From: Eubacteriales bacterium
GTDB lineage: Bacteria > Bacillota > Clostridia > Oscillospirales > Oscillospiraceae
Direction of reading: 5' to 3'
Length of the DNA stretch: 64,000 bases
Assembly (NCBI GenBank): GCA_030533415.1
Contig: JAUNJE010000009.1
Location: forward strand, 9,268-73,267
In this document: positions 36,955 through 48,721 of the stretch, piece after piece
Layout of the letters: each line of letters opens with the position of its first letter
Position numbering within the stretch: position 1 is the first letter of the stretch
Notes under the pieces: model-generated
What the model was told of the DNA's origin: nothing
Databases searched by the model: none
The model's input: only the letters and a program-made list of their open reading frames with translations
Made by a program: the position numbers and the translations under genes

Positions 36955-37938
36955 TTACAGGGTTGCCGCCATGACCGCTTTGATGGTGTGCATCCGGTTT
37001 TCCGCCTCGTCAAAGACGATGGATTGCTCACCTTCGAAGACCTCGTCGGTGACCTCCATGCAGCCGATGCCGAATTTCTCTCCGATCTGTTTGCCAATGG
37101 TGGTGTTCCGGTCGTGGAAGGAAGGCAGACAGTGCATAAAGCGGCATTGGGCGCCCGCGTTGTCCATCAGGGCTTTGGTCACCCGGTAAGGTGACAGCTC
37201 TTTGATCCTTGTCTGCCATACGCTGTCCGGTTCCCCCATGGAGACCCAGACGTCGGTGTAAATGACGTCGGCGCCTTTGGCCGCCGCCAGGGGATCGGTG
37301 CTGAATTCCAGCATGGCGCCGGTTTCGGCGGCGATGGCCTGGCACTGGGCGGTCAGAGCCTTGTTGGGGAAGTATGCTTCCGGCGCACAGGCCACGAAGT
37401 GCATCCCCATCTTGGCACATCCGACCATGAGGGAATTCCCCATATTATACCGGGCGTCTCCCAGATACACCAGCTTTTTGCCCTTCAGGCTGCCGAAATG
37501 CTCCCGGATGGTGAGCAGGTCCGCCAGAAGCTGGGTGGGGTGGAATTCATTGGTCAGACCGTTCCACACGGGAACGCCCGCGAACTGCGCCAGTTGCTCC
37601 ACAATTTCCTGCCCAAAGCCCCGGTATTCGATGCCGTCATACATCCGTCCCAGGACCCGTGCCGTGTCGGCAATGGACTCTTTTTTGCCCATCTGGGAGC
37701 CGGTGGGGCCTAAGTATGTGCAGGACATGCCCAGGTCGCCGGCGGCCACCTCAAAGGCACAGCGGGTGCGGGTGGAATCCTTTTCAAACAGCAAAACAAT
37801 GTTTTTGCCCTCGCACAGGCGGTGCCGGATGCCCGCTTTCTTTTGGGCTTTCAGCTCCGCAGCCAGATCCAAAAGGCCCGTGATCTCATCGGGCGTGAAA
37901 TCCAGCAGCTTGAGGAAGCTCTTTCCCTTCAAATCCAT
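36955..37938 (-). CDS. argF: Ornithine carbamoyltransferase
   Basis: [22 protein letters not shown]. Confidence 0.96.
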   Translation of the reverse strand: MDLKGKSFLKLLDFTPDEITGLLDLAAELKAQKKAGIRHRLCEGKNIVLLFEKDSTRTRCAFEVAAGDLGMSCTYLGPTGSQMGKKESIADTARVLGRMYDGIEYRGFGQEIVEQLAQFAGVPVWNGLTNEFHPTQLLADLLTIREHFGSLKGKKLVYLGDARYNMGNSLMVGCAKMGMHFVACAPEAYFPNKALTAQCQAIAAETGAMLEFSTDPLAAAKGADVIYTDVWVSMGEPDSVWQTRIKELSPYRVTKALMDNAGAQCRFMHCLPSFHDRNTTIGKQIGEKFGIGCMEVTDEVFEGEQSIVFDEAENRMHTIKAVMAATL

Positions 37939-37983
37939 GTTTTTTCCTCCTTTATCCATATCCGCTTCGGGAGGGAACCACGT

Positions 37984-39153
37984 TTACGCCAGTTCCTTTG
38001 CGGTTTCCTTGATGATTTCGGCGGCCCACCGCAGATCCTCCATGGGAATGTTCAGCGCGGGCAGCAGGCGGATCTTGTCCTTGGCGGTCAGGCAAAGCAC
38101 GCCTTTTTCCATGCAGGCTCTCACCACGTCCCCGGCGGGAGCCGTGGTTTTCAGCCCCAGCATCAGGCCCATGCCCGTAACGCTTTCCACACCGGGAGCG
38201 CCGGAAAAGGTGTCCATCAGGTATTTACCCTTGCTCCGGACGGAGGCCAGAAGTTCGTCGTCCAGCCGCTGCAGAATGTTCAGCGCACCGGCACAGCATA
38301 CGGGATTGCCGCCGAAGGTGGAGCCGTGGTCACCGGGGCGGAGCACCTCGTGCACCTTTTCGCTCATCAGCGTCGCGCCGATGGGCAGGCCGCCGCCCAG
38401 ACCCTTGGCCGTGGAAACGATATCCGGGGACAGGCCGAAATGCATATAGCTGTAGAGCTTCCCGGTGCGGCCGTTTCCGGTCTGTACTTCGTCGATCATC
38501 AGGGGAATGTCCTTTTCCTTCGCCAATGCCCCGGCTGCCGCCAGGAAGCCGGGGGTCAGAGGATTCACCCCGCCCTCTCCCTGGATACATTCCAGCAGAA
38601 TTCCGGCTGCCTTGTGTTCCGCCACAGCCTTTGCGAGGGCTTCGGCGTTGTTGGCCTCCACATGGACAAAACCGGGGGTCAGGGGCTGGAAGTTCCGGTG
38701 AAAATGGTCCTGTCCGGTGGCGGCCAGCGTGGTCAGGGTACGCCCGTGGAAGCTGTTTACCAAGGTGACAATCGTGAAATAGCCGCTGCCCTTTTTTTCG
38801 GCGGAATATTTTCGCGCGATTTTGATTGCGCATTCGTTGGCCTCCGCCCCGGAATTGGAGAAGAAAACCTTTTTCATGCCGGTTTTTTCACACAGCAGCC
38901 GGGCAAGCTGGGCGCATGGCTCCGTATAATACAGGTTGGAGGTATGCTGTACCTTTCCAAGCTGCTCCGTCACAGCCGCGCTCCAGGCGCCGTCGGCAAA
39001 ACCAAAGGCGGTAACGCCGATGCCCGAGCCCATATCCACGTAGGTCTTTCCGTTGATGTCCACGACCCGGCTTCCCTTGCCCCGGACGATCTCCACAGGA
39101 AAACGGTTATAGGTCCCTGCCACAAAGGCTTGGTCCAAATTCATAAAGTGCAT
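37984..39153 (-). CDS. argD: Acetylornithine aminotransferase
   Basis: NSGAEANE, FHGRT, DEVQTG, AKGLGGG, HGSTFGGNP. Confidence 0.93.
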   Translation of the reverse strand: MHFMNLDQAFVAGTYNRFPVEIVRGKGSRVVDINGKTYVDMGSGIGVTAFGFADGAWSAAVTEQLGKVQHTSNLYYTEPCAQLARLLCEKTGMKKVFFSNSGAEANECAIKIARKYSAEKKGSGYFTIVTLVNSFHGRTLTTLAATGQDHFHRNFQPLTPGFVHVEANNAEALAKAVAEHKAAGILLECIQGEGGVNPLTPGFLAAAGALAKEKDIPLMIDEVQTGNGRTGKLYSYMHFGLSPDIVSTAKGLGGGLPIGATLMSEKVHEVLRPGDHGSTFGGNPVCCAGALNILQRLDDELLASVRSKGKYLMDTFSGAPGVESVTGMGLMLGLKTTAPAGDVVRACMEKGVLCLTAKDKIRLLPALNIPMEDLRWAAEIIKETAKELA

Positions 39154-39154
39154 G

Positions 39155-40018
39155 TCAATCACCTCTTACCAGTGTGCCGGCACCCTCGTTCGTCAGCAGC
39201 TCGATCAGGATGGAGTGGGATACCCGGCCGTCCATAATGACCACATTCCGAACGCCCTTGCCAATGGCCTCCGCGCAGCACTCCACCTTCGGGATCATAC
39301 CGCCGGAAATAATGCCCTCGTCGAAAAGGGTTCCAAGCTGGCTGACCCGCAGCTCCCGGATCAGGGTATCGGGGTCATCCTTGTCCCGCAGAATGCCGCT
39401 GACATCCGTCATCATAATCAGCCGCTCCGCCCTGAGGGCACCCGCGATGCAGGCGGCGGCAGTGTCGCCGTTGACGTTGTAGGTATTGCCCTGACGGTCA
39501 CTGGCCACGGTGGAGATCACCGGGATATAGTTTTTCTCCAACAGGTCCAAAATGGGCTGTGTACGGACTTTTGTGATTTCTCCTACAAAGCCCAGGGCTT
39601 CCTCCTTCATTTTGGCTTCCAGAATGCCGCCGTCGATACCGGACAGGCCCACCGCATGGCCGCCTTTCATCTGCAAAAGATTTACCAGGGTCTTGTTTAC
39701 CTTGCCGGCCAGTACCATCTGGACGATGTCCACGGTTTCCTTGTCGGTTACCCGCAGGCCGCCGATAAATACGGACTGCTTTCCCAGCCGCTTCATGGTT
39801 TCGCTGATCTCGGGCCCGCCGCCGTGAATCAGAACCACCTTCACGCCGATGAGCCACAGCAGCGCGATGTCTCCCATCACCTGCTCCTTCAGCTGCTCAT
39901 TTACCATGGCATTGCCGCCGTATTTGATGGCGACGATCTTGCCGCGGTACTGCTTGATATAGGGAAGGGCCTGGGTTAAAACCTCTGCCCGTTCTTCACT
40001 TGAGAATGCTGTATCCAT
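39155..40018 (-). CDS. argB: Acetylglutamate kinase
   Basis: IKYGGNA, HGGGP, NVNGD, GGMIPK. Confidence 0.96.
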   Translation of the reverse strand: MDTAFSSEERAEVLTQALPYIKQYRGKIVAIKYGGNAMVNEQLKEQVMGDIALLWLIGVKVVLIHGGGPEISETMKRLGKQSVFIGGLRVTDKETVDIVQMVLAGKVNKTLVNLLQMKGGHAVGLSGIDGGILEAKMKEEALGFVGEITKVRTQPILDLLEKNYIPVISTVASDRQGNTYNVNGDTAAACIAGALRAERLIMMTDVSGILRDKDDPDTLIRELRVSQLGTLFDEGIISGGMIPKVECCAEAIGKGVRNVVIMDGRVSHSILIELLTNEGAGTLVRGD

Positions 40019-40031
40019 GGATGTGCCTCCG

Positions 40032-41246
40032 TTATGTGCGGTAATCGCCGTTGATCCGGACATAGTCATAGGTCAAATCGCAGCCCCAGGCGGTGGCACA
40101 GGCATTGCCGCTGTTCAGGCCCACCAGAATCTCGATTTCTTTTTCCGACAGAATCCGCTTGGCCAGCTCCTCGGAGAAGTCCACGCCGGTTCCGTTTTGG
40201 CACACCGCGATACATCCCGCGGCGCTTTGGAAGGATACATCGATTTTTTCCACATCCACTGCCGCGCCGCTGTAGCCGATGGCGCACAAAACCCGTCCCC
40301 AGTTCGCGTCCGCACCGAACATGGCGGCTTTCAGAAGGCTGGAGCAGATCACGCTTTTCGCGGCGGTTTTGGCCGTCGCCGAATCTGCCGCGCCGCTTAC
40401 CCTGCATTCCAGCAGCTTGGTCGCGCCTTCGCCGTCTCCCGCGATCTTACGGCACAGCGCGATGGTCACGGTGTTCAGGGCCTTCATGAATTCCGCGAAA
40501 TCCCCGCCCCCGGCGGTGATCTCGGGATTGCCGGCCATACCGTTGGCCAGAATGGTGACCATATCGTTTGTGGAGGTGTCCCCGTCGATGCTGATCATGT
40601 TAAATGTTCCGGCCACGTCTCCGGACAGCGCCTTTTGCAGCATCTGGGGAGAAATGGCGGCATCCGTGGTCAGAAACACCAGCATGGTGGCCATATTGGG
40701 GTGAATCATTCCGCTGCCTTTGGCAATGCCGCCCAGCCGGCAGGTCCGGCCCCCAAGGGTAAATTCCACGGCGGCCTCTTTTCTGACGGTATCCGTGGTC
40801 ATGATGCCTTCCGCGGCGGCATGGCAGCCCTCCGCCGATAGGCCCGCCGCCAACAGGGGAAGCCCTGCGGCTATGGGCGTGATATCCAGCGGCTGTCCGA
40901 TGACGCCGGTGGAGGCCACAATGATATCCTCCGCCGGAATGCCCAGCTGTTTGGCAGTCAGGTCGCTCATGGCTTCGGCGATTTCCCTGCCGTTGGCATT
41001 GCAGGTGTTGGCATTGCCGCTGTTGCAGACCACCGCCTGGGCAGTGCCGTTTTGCAGGTGCCTTTTTGTCACGGCCAAAGGTGCGCCCTTGACCAGATTG
41101 GTGGTATACACCGCCGCAGCGCTGGCCGGAACGGCACTGAAAATCAAAGACAGGTCCTTTTTGGAATGGTTTTTCCGAATTCCGCAATGGATACCGTTGG
41201 CGGTAAAGCCTTTTGCGGCACAGACGCCGCCCTCTACTACTCGCAT
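40032..41246 (-). CDS. argJ: Ornithine acetyltransferase / N-acetylglutamate synthase
   Basis: NSGNAN, STGVIG, IMTTD, KGSGMIHPNMATML, DGEGATK. Confidence 0.97.
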   Translation of the reverse strand: MRVVEGGVCAAKGFTANGIHCGIRKNHSKKDLSLIFSAVPASAAAVYTTNLVKGAPLAVTKRHLQNGTAQAVVCNSGNANTCNANGREIAEAMSDLTAKQLGIPAEDIIVASTGVIGQPLDITPIAAGLPLLAAGLSAEGCHAAAEGIMTTDTVRKEAAVEFTLGGRTCRLGGIAKGSGMIHPNMATMLVFLTTDAAISPQMLQKALSGDVAGTFNMISIDGDTSTNDMVTILANGMAGNPEITAGGGDFAEFMKALNTVTIALCRKIAGDGEGATKLLECRVSGAADSATAKTAAKSVICSSLLKAAMFGADANWGRVLCAIGYSGAAVDVEKIDVSFQSAAGCIAVCQNGTGVDFSEELAKRILSEKEIEILVGLNSGNACATAWGCDLTYDYVRINGDYRT

Positions 41247-41273
41247 CTTTTTCTCCTTATGTAAAATTTCGGA

Positions 41274-42200
41274 TTACAGGTTCAGTCCGGCGGCTTCGTC
41301 TACACCCATCAGGAGGTTCATGTTTTGAATGGCGGCCCCGGAGGCGCCTTTGCCCAGATTGTCGAATAAGGCGGTCACCATACATTGCCGGGCGTGGCCG
41401 CTGACCTGTATGCGCATGCTGTCCTTTCCCGCAAGGGTCCCGGCGTAAACCACAGGCTCATCGCCGCCCAGGGGGGCCACCGTCACGATTTTTTCTTCCG
41501 CGTAATGCCCGCTCAGGCAAGCCCATACCCGCTCTGCGTCATAGCCGGGCAGCAGGATGGTGGTGGCCATTCCCGCGTAGAAGTCCCCCAGGATCGGGGA
41601 AAACACGGGAGGCTGTGCCAAGCCGCAGACCTTTTGCATCTCGGGCAGGTGCTTGTGCTGCAGGGATGTGCCATAGATACGGTGGCTTTTGTGCCGGGGG
41701 TCCCGGTTTTCGTCCTGGTATTCCGCGATCAGGCTCTTTCCGCCGCCGGAATAGCCTGTCAGGGAATAGGCCGTCAGCGGGAAATCCTTAGGGATGACAC
41801 CGTGGGCCACCAGCGGATAGCAGGCGGCGATAAAGCCGCTGGCATGGCAGCCGGGATTGGCGATCCGCTTGGCCCTTCGGATGGCGTCCCGGTACTCTTC
41901 GGACAGTTCGGGAAAGCCGTAGACCCAGCCGCCGCAGGTACGGTGGGCGGTGGAGGTGTCGATGATTGCCGTGTTGGGGTTTTCCACCAGTGCCGCCGCC
42001 TCGATTGCCGCCTTGTCCGGCAGGCACAGGAACGCAATGTCCGCCAGATTCAGCATCTGGCGGCGGGCGTGGATGTCTTTTCGCAGTTCCTCTCCCAGGG
42101 TAAGCAGCTCGATATCCTGGCGGGCGCTTAACCGCTCATAGATTCGCAGGCCGGTGGTGCCGGCGCTGCCGTCAACAAATACCTTCAATGTCCGAGACAC
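41274..42200 (-). CDS. argC: N-acetyl-gamma-glutamyl-phosphate reductase (short type-2 form)
   Basis: VFVDGSAGTTG, IANPGCH, GYSGGG, DNLGKGASG. Confidence 0.94.
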   Translation of the reverse strand: MSRTLKVFVDGSAGTTGLRIYERLSARQDIELLTLGEELRKDIHARRQMLNLADIAFLCLPDKAAIEAAALVENPNTAIIDTSTAHRTCGGWVYGFPELSEEYRDAIRRAKRIANPGCHASGFIAACYPLVAHGVIPKDFPLTAYSLTGYSGGGKSLIAEYQDENRDPRHKSHRIYGTSLQHKHLPEMQKVCGLAQPPVFSPILGDFYAGMATTILLPGYDAERVWACLSGHYAEEKIVTVAPLGGDEPVVYAGTLAGKDSMRIQVSGHARQCMVTALFDNLGKGASGAAIQNMNLLMGVDEAAGLNL

Positions 42201-43561
42201 TCCTTTACATAGGCGATTTGCGCCTCCACGGAAGCGGGGGAGGTACCGCCCTCGGAGCTTCGCTTTTCCACGCAGGCCAGCAGGTCGATGGCCGGATAGA
42301 GGTCCGCGTCAAACAGGCCGCTGAATGCTTTGTATTCTTCCAGAGGCAGGGCCTCCAGTACGCAGCCCAGGCGGATGCACTTTGCGACGACCTGCCCGGA
42401 AATCTTGTAGGCGCTGCGGAAGGGCATCCCCTTCTTCACCAGGTAATCCGCCAGGTCAGTGGCGTTGATGAAGCCCTCCTGGGCGGCTTTCTTCATCTTT
42501 TCCGGCTTGACGGTCATGGAAGAGAGCATGGGCGCAAAGACCTGCAGGCACATTTTTACCGTCTCCACCGCGTCAAAGACCGCTTCCTTATCCTCCTGCA
42601 TGTCCTTGTTATAAGCCAGGGGCAGGCCCTTCAGCGTGGTCAAAAGCGCCATCAGGTCGCCGTAAACCCGGCCGGTCTTGCCCCGGACAAGCTCCGCCAT
42701 GTCGGGATTTTTCTTCTGGGGCATGATGGACGAGCCGGTGGTATAGGCGTCGCTCAGCTCGATGAACTGAAATTCCCAGCTGGCCCAAAGGATGATTTCC
42801 TCGGAAAAACGGCTCAGGTGCATCATCAGCAGGGAAATGCCGCTCATAAGCTCTACACAGAAATCCCGGTCGGAAACACCGTCAAGGGAGTTTCTGGTCA
42901 CACCGTCAAAGCCCAGACGGTTGGCTTCAAAACGGCGGTCGGTATCGTAGGTCGTGCCTGCCAGGGCGCAGCAGCCGATGGGGGAGACGTTCATCCGCCG
43001 GCGGCAGTCCGAAAGCCGGTCCAGATCCCGCAGCAGCATCATGGCATAGGCCATCAGGTGGTGGCTGAACAGAATGGGCTGTGCCCGCTGCAAATGGGTA
43101 TAGCCGGGCATGATGACACTCTTGTTGGCCTCCGCCTGGTGCAAAATGGCGTCCAGCACGGCCCTGACCAGCGGCACAATTTCGTCGATTTCCGCGCGCA
43201 GGTACATCCTCAGATCCAGCGCCACCTGGTCATTGCGGCTCCGGGCGGTGTGAAGCTTTCTGCCAACATCGCCCAGGCGCTGGGTCAGCACCTGCTCCAC
43301 GAACATATGGATATCCTCGCAGCCAAAGTCGAATTCCAGGGAACCGGACTCCAGATCGTCCAGGATTCCCTGCAGGCCGTCAATCAGCTGCTCCGCTTCC
43401 TGCTTTGCGATGATGCCCTTCGCCCCCAGCATGGCGGCGTGGGCCATGGAGCCGGTAATATCCTGTTTGTACATTTTGCAGTCAAAGCGGATGGAGGAAT
43501 TGAAATCGTCCGCGATGCTGTCCGTCACGCCGGACGTCCGTCCGGCCCACATTTTCTGCAT
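42185..43561 (-). CDS. argH: Argininosuccinate lyase
   Basis: HTARSRNDQ, GYTHLQRAQP, GSSIMPQKKNPD. Confidence 0.97.
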   Translation of the reverse strand: MQKMWAGRTSGVTDSIADDFNSSIRFDCKMYKQDITGSMAHAAMLGAKGIIAKQEAEQLIDGLQGILDDLESGSLEFDFGCEDIHMFVEQVLTQRLGDVGRKLHTARSRNDQVALDLRMYLRAEIDEIVPLVRAVLDAILHQAEANKSVIMPGYTHLQRAQPILFSHHLMAYAMMLLRDLDRLSDCRRRMNVSPIGCCALAGTTYDTDRRFEANRLGFDGVTRNSLDGVSDRDFCVELMSGISLLMMHLSRFSEEIILWASWEFQFIELSDAYTTGSSIMPQKKNPDMAELVRGKTGRVYGDLMALLTTLKGLPLAYNKDMQEDKEAVFDAVETVKMCLQVFAPMLSSMTVKPEKMKKAAQEGFINATDLADYLVKKGMPFRSAYKISGQVVAKCIRLGCVLEALPLEEYKAFSGLFDADLYPAIDLLACVEKRSSEGGTSPASVEAQIAYVKECLGH

Positions 43562-43633
43562 AGCCTGTATCCTCGAATTCTATTAAGAATGAAAAATTCA
43601 AAATGGAAAATTACGGAGCCATTTTCAACTTGC

Positions 43634-44854
<1,221 letters not shown>

Positions 44855-44867
44855 ATATACAACCTCC

Positions 44868-44958
44868 GTATGAATATTATTCGTAATTTGTGAGTAATAA
44901 TACAGGATTATACTGCGCTGGCCTGGATTTGTCAACGCCGAATTTGCATAAAAATCCA
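44868..44958 (-). promoter_or_regulatory. arg operon sigma-A promoter with ARG-box-like sites
   Basis: TTGACA (44935-44930), 17 bp, TATAAT (44912-44907); ATGAATATTATTCG (~44870) and TTGCATAAAAATCCA (~44944) resemble ArgR boxes. Confidence 0.75.
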
Positions 44959-45147
44959 CCGGGCCGCACTTTTGGTACTTTGCCCGGATTTTGCCGTTTC
45001 CTCCTGGACTTTACAGGTAAAATCCACAATTTTCCGTTTTAACGTATGAATTCCCAGGGCGGATATCCGAATAAATATTCCTGGAGAAACAGGCGGGAGC
45101 CTTTTCCGTATACAAAACCGGCGTGCCGCGGCACGCCGGTCGTTTTT

Positions 45148-45927
45148 CTATTCCATCCAGAGGAAATTCATAAAATCAGGCACAAGCTTTTCCCAGTCCG
45201 CCTCGCAGTGCCCACCGCCTACCTGGCAGCGCAGCTTTACCGCCGCGCCGCTGGTCTGGGCACAGCCGGCGATGCGTTTGTTTCGGACGTAGGCCATGCT
45301 GCTGGTATCCTCTTTGTCCGGGTCCTGGATGCCGTAGGCCTCCCGGGTCCCCCAGGACAGGTAGATCCGGGTGTCGGGACTCAGGCGGTTTTCCTCCATA
45401 TCCCCCATCAGCGGCCCCATGCAGAACCCCACGGCGCTGGACACGCAGCCGCCCTTGGAAAACCAGCGGTTATAGCGCACCACGGCATACAGCGCCATCA
45501 GGCCGCCCATGCTGGAGCCGGCAATCCCGGTGCACTCCCGGAAGGGAATGGTGCGGTATTCCCGGTCGATCATAGGCTTGACGTCCTGGAGAATCCACCG
45601 CATGGTTTCATCCCCCATTGGTGCGAAGCGTTCAAAATGGCTGCCCCGGTCGGCGGGGTATGGCAGGTATTCGCTGAGGCGCTCCTGCCCGTCGTGGCCG
45701 CACTCCATGCCGACGACGATCATTTTCTTCTCCCAGCCGTCCAAAAAGGCCTTCAGTCCCCAGGATTTTCCGTAGGTGGCGTCCTCGTCGCTGTAGAGGT
45801 TGTGTCCGTCAAAGAAATACATGACAGGATAGCGCTCCCCGGAGGTAACATAATCCTCCGGCAGATAAATGTGCAGGGGACGGTTCGTTCCCTTGGGGGT
45901 GTAGACAAAATCTCGTTTGATAACCAT
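45148..45927 (-). CDS. Alpha/beta-hydrolase, putative esterase
   Basis: IYLP..Y...ERYPVMYFFDG.N, GSSMGG nucleophile elbow, GGH.E..W. Confidence 0.88.
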   Translation of the reverse strand: MVIKRDFVYTPKGTNRPLHIYLPEDYVTSGERYPVMYFFDGHNLYSDEDATYGKSWGLKAFLDGWEKKMIVVGMECGHDGQERLSEYLPYPADRGSHFERFAPMGDETMRWILQDVKPMIDREYRTIPFRECTGIAGSSMGGLMALYAVVRYNRWFSKGGCVSSAVGFCMGPLMGDMEENRLSPDTRIYLSWGTREAYGIQDPDKEDTSSMAYVRNKRIAGCAQTSGAAVKLRCQVGGGHCEADWEKLVPDFMNFLWME

Positions 45928-46013
45928 GGCAGATTCTCCTATTTTCGTAGATCAAAAGGATTATACCAGGAAATGGAAAGAAAATCAACCACAGCAAAGT
46001 ACCCCGCCGGACC

Positions 46014-47402
46014 TCAAGCCACCGGCTGCCCGTTTGCCTCTTTTTCGGCCTGGCCGATCTTTTTCTTCATGCCGATGATAATGGGAACGGCCAGGGCCAT
46101 GGTCAGTCCGTCCGCCACCGCCTGTACCATGGCGACACCGTAGCTGCCAAAGCCCCAGGCCATGGGATACAGGATGGGAATGAAGCAGGTGCCCTGCCGG
46201 GCCGTGGACAGAGCCAGAGCGCCCTTGGCATTGCCAAGGCCCGCGCACAGCATGTTCACCACCGCGACCCATGCCTGGATGGGCAGTGCGATGCACTGGG
46301 AAACCATGCAGATCACGCCGATTTTGCGCATCTCTGGATCGGTTCCGGCGAAAAGAACGATGATTTTGTCGGCAAATACACCTAAGAGCACGGCCATGAC
46401 CACGGAGCCGATGAGGGCCACCCGGGAACTGAAATGGTAGCTTTCCCGCACCCGGTCGAAGCGCCTGGCGCCCCAGTTAAAGCCCGCCACTGGCTGGAAG
46501 CCGTTGCCGAAGCCCAGAATAATGCTGAAGGGGAACATCATCACCTTGGTGCACACGCCGATGCCGGCCAGGACCGAGTCGGAAATACTGCCCGCAATGT
46601 CGTTGAGCATGATGGCAGCCACCACGGCAAGGCCGGAACGGAACATGGAGGAAGAGCCGACGCTGACCACTGTGGAGATGATATCCCTGGTGCAGTGGAA
46701 ATTCCGAAGGGCCAGGTGCAGCAGGCTCCGCCGGGTCAGGTAGGGGAAGATCAGAATGCCAAAGCTGACCCACTTGGAGATCGCTGTCGCCAGAGACGCG
46801 CCGGCAACGCCCATGTTCAGGCCAAAGATAAAAATGGGGTCAAGGACGCAGTTCAGAATGCCGCCGAAGCCCATGCCCACCATGGACAGCGTGGCGCTGC
46901 CCTCGCTGCGCAGGCACTGGTTCATGACAAAGTTGGCCGCCATAAACGGCGCCGCGTACAGCACATAGGTGGCATAGTCAATGGAATACTGCTCGCAGGT
47001 GGGGGTGGCCCCCAGCAGCCGCACCATGGGCGTCATAAAGAGCGTGCCGAACACCATCAATATGGTCCCAAGCCCCGCCGCCAGGAAAAAGGCCGTGGAC
47101 AGCACCTGGCTGGCCTTTTTCTCGTTGTTTTCCCCCAGCAGCCGGGCAATGTAGCTGTTGGCGCCCATGGCCAGCATGGAGCCGGCCATCATGATCAGCT
47201 GGTCCAAGGAGGCGTTGACGCTGACCGCCGCCGTGGCGTTGGTGCCCAAGGAGCTGACGAAATAGGTGTCTGCCAGGGAATAGATGGAGTTGATCAGGAA
47301 CGCCACGATGGTGGGGATCGCCATTTTGGGGATGACCCGGGAAATCGGCTCGTTCAGCATCATCATTTTGCGCTGTTCCTGACTTTGTTGCCTTTGACTC
47401 AT
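46014..47402 (-). CDS. MATE-family efflux transporter
   Basis: IYSLADTYFV, LRSEG, LNCVLDPIFI, QPVAGFNWGA. Confidence 0.93.
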   Translation of the reverse strand: MSQRQQSQEQRKMMMLNEPISRVIPKMAIPTIVAFLINSIYSLADTYFVSSLGTNATAAVSVNASLDQLIMMAGSMLAMGANSYIARLLGENNEKKASQVLSTAFFLAAGLGTILMVFGTLFMTPMVRLLGATPTCEQYSIDYATYVLYAAPFMAANFVMNQCLRSEGSATLSMVGMGFGGILNCVLDPIFIFGLNMGVAGASLATAISKWVSFGILIFPYLTRRSLLHLALRNFHCTRDIISTVVSVGSSSMFRSGLAVVAAIMLNDIAGSISDSVLAGIGVCTKVMMFPFSIILGFGNGFQPVAGFNWGARRFDRVRESYHFSSRVALIGSVVMAVLLGVFADKIIVLFAGTDPEMRKIGVICMVSQCIALPIQAWVAVVNMLCAGLGNAKGALALSTARQGTCFIPILYPMAWGFGSYGVAMVQAVADGLTMALAVPIIIGMKKKIGQAEKEANGQPVA

Positions 47403-47577
47403 GTCTGTCTTTCATCCCTTCTGATTTCTTTCAATGATAGCAGACATATTATAGCATATTCCCTGTGAGAATTGCAATATATGACGGTAGAAAATGTAGC
47501 GTGCGACATTCTTTGTCACACATTCTTCGGCGCAGATAGGGCCTGCTCAACGGAGCAGGCCCTATCTGGATTACAGT

Positions 47578-48099
47578 TCAAACCGGTAGATCCGGATTTC
47601 CCGCAGACCCTTCCATAACATACACATAGGACGCAACCTGTTCCGCATAGCACTCCCGGACAAATCCCAGCTTTTCAAACAGGCCAATGCTGGCCCGGTT
47701 CTCCGGCTCGATCAGCGCCACGATATCCATACCGGGGTAACGCTGCCGAAGGGCTTCCGTGACAGCCTGCAGCAGCTCAAAGCCATAGCCCTTGCGCTGG
47801 TACTCCGGGGCAATGGTGATGCCCAGGGTGATGCAATTGTCCTTTTCCGTATAGAAACAGGCCAGGTCCCCCGCCAGTGCCTCTCCGGCGCATATGGCAT
47901 AATGCTGTTCTTCCTTGCCGGACAGGAAAATATCCGCGCCAAAAGCCGCAACAAATGCCTGTATAGCGCGCATAGAGGTATCCTCCCAGCGCTGGTAGGC
48001 ATAGCACCGCCGGTCATTGCGGTAGGCATAGATAAGCGCGGCGTCCTCCATTCGGAAATTGCGCAGGTATAACCGTTGGGTTTGCAGCATTTTTTCCAT
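47578..48099 (-). CDS. GNAT acetyltransferase (RimJ/RimL-like)
   Basis: TQRLYLRNF, YQRKGYG, N.ASI.LFEKLGF. Confidence 0.88.
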   Translation of the reverse strand: MEKMLQTQRLYLRNFRMEDAALIYAYRNDRRCYAYQRWEDTSMRAIQAFVAAFGADIFLSGKEEQHYAICAGEALAGDLACFYTEKDNCITLGITIAPEYQRKGYGFELLQAVTEALRQRYPGMDIVALIEPENRASIGLFEKLGFVRECYAEQVASYVYVMEGSAGNPDLPV

Positions 48100-48196
48100 T
48101 TTCTCTCCCTCCAGTTTGGGCTATTATAACATATTCCGGGTTGACCAGCAATAAATATATCTGTTATAATAGCAAAAATATGCAGGAGGTTTTGCG

Positions 48197-48715
48197 ATGG
48201 AGCGTGAAGAGCATGCGGGTTCCTGGGAAAGCAGGAATCCCGCTGTAGTGGAACTTGTGATACCAACTCTTGCGGAAATGGCGTTTCGAAAGGCCCTGCT
48301 GGCGGATGAGAAGACGATGTCTTATAACCGCGCCTGGGGCGGCACCATTGATTTTTCCCAAGACCGCTGGGCGCTCTGGTACCAAAAATGGATCGCGGAC
48401 GAAAATCCCCATTACTGCTACCGCTATCTTTACAGCCGGGTCCTGGATGCCTATGTGGGGGAAGCGGCCTATCATTACGAAGCGGAAACGGACCGCTATT
48501 TGTGTGATGTGATCGTCCACGCCCAATACCGGGGCCGTGGCTTTGGCGCCGCGGCCCTGACCCGGCTTTGTGAGGCCGCGAAAGAAAACGGGGTAGAAGA
48601 ACTGTATGATGACATTCTGCCGGACAATCCCTCCATCCGCCTGTTTCTGAAACAGGGGTTTGAGGAGGTCGGCCGCAGCGAAACGGCCTGCATTGTAAGA
48701 AAGAAATTGAGGTGA
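48197..48715 (+). CDS. GNAT acetyltransferase
   Basis: YRGRGFG acetyl-CoA motif, N.SI.LFLKQGF; AGGAGG RBS. Confidence 0.85.
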   Translation: MEREEHAGSWESRNPAVVELVIPTLAEMAFRKALLADEKTMSYNRAWGGTIDFSQDRWALWYQKWIADENPHYCYRYLYSRVLDAYVGEAAYHYEAETDRYLCDVIVHAQYRGRGFGAAALTRLCEAAKENGVEELYDDILPDNPSIRLFLKQGFEEVGRSETACIVRKKLR

Positions 48716-48721
48716 TTCCAA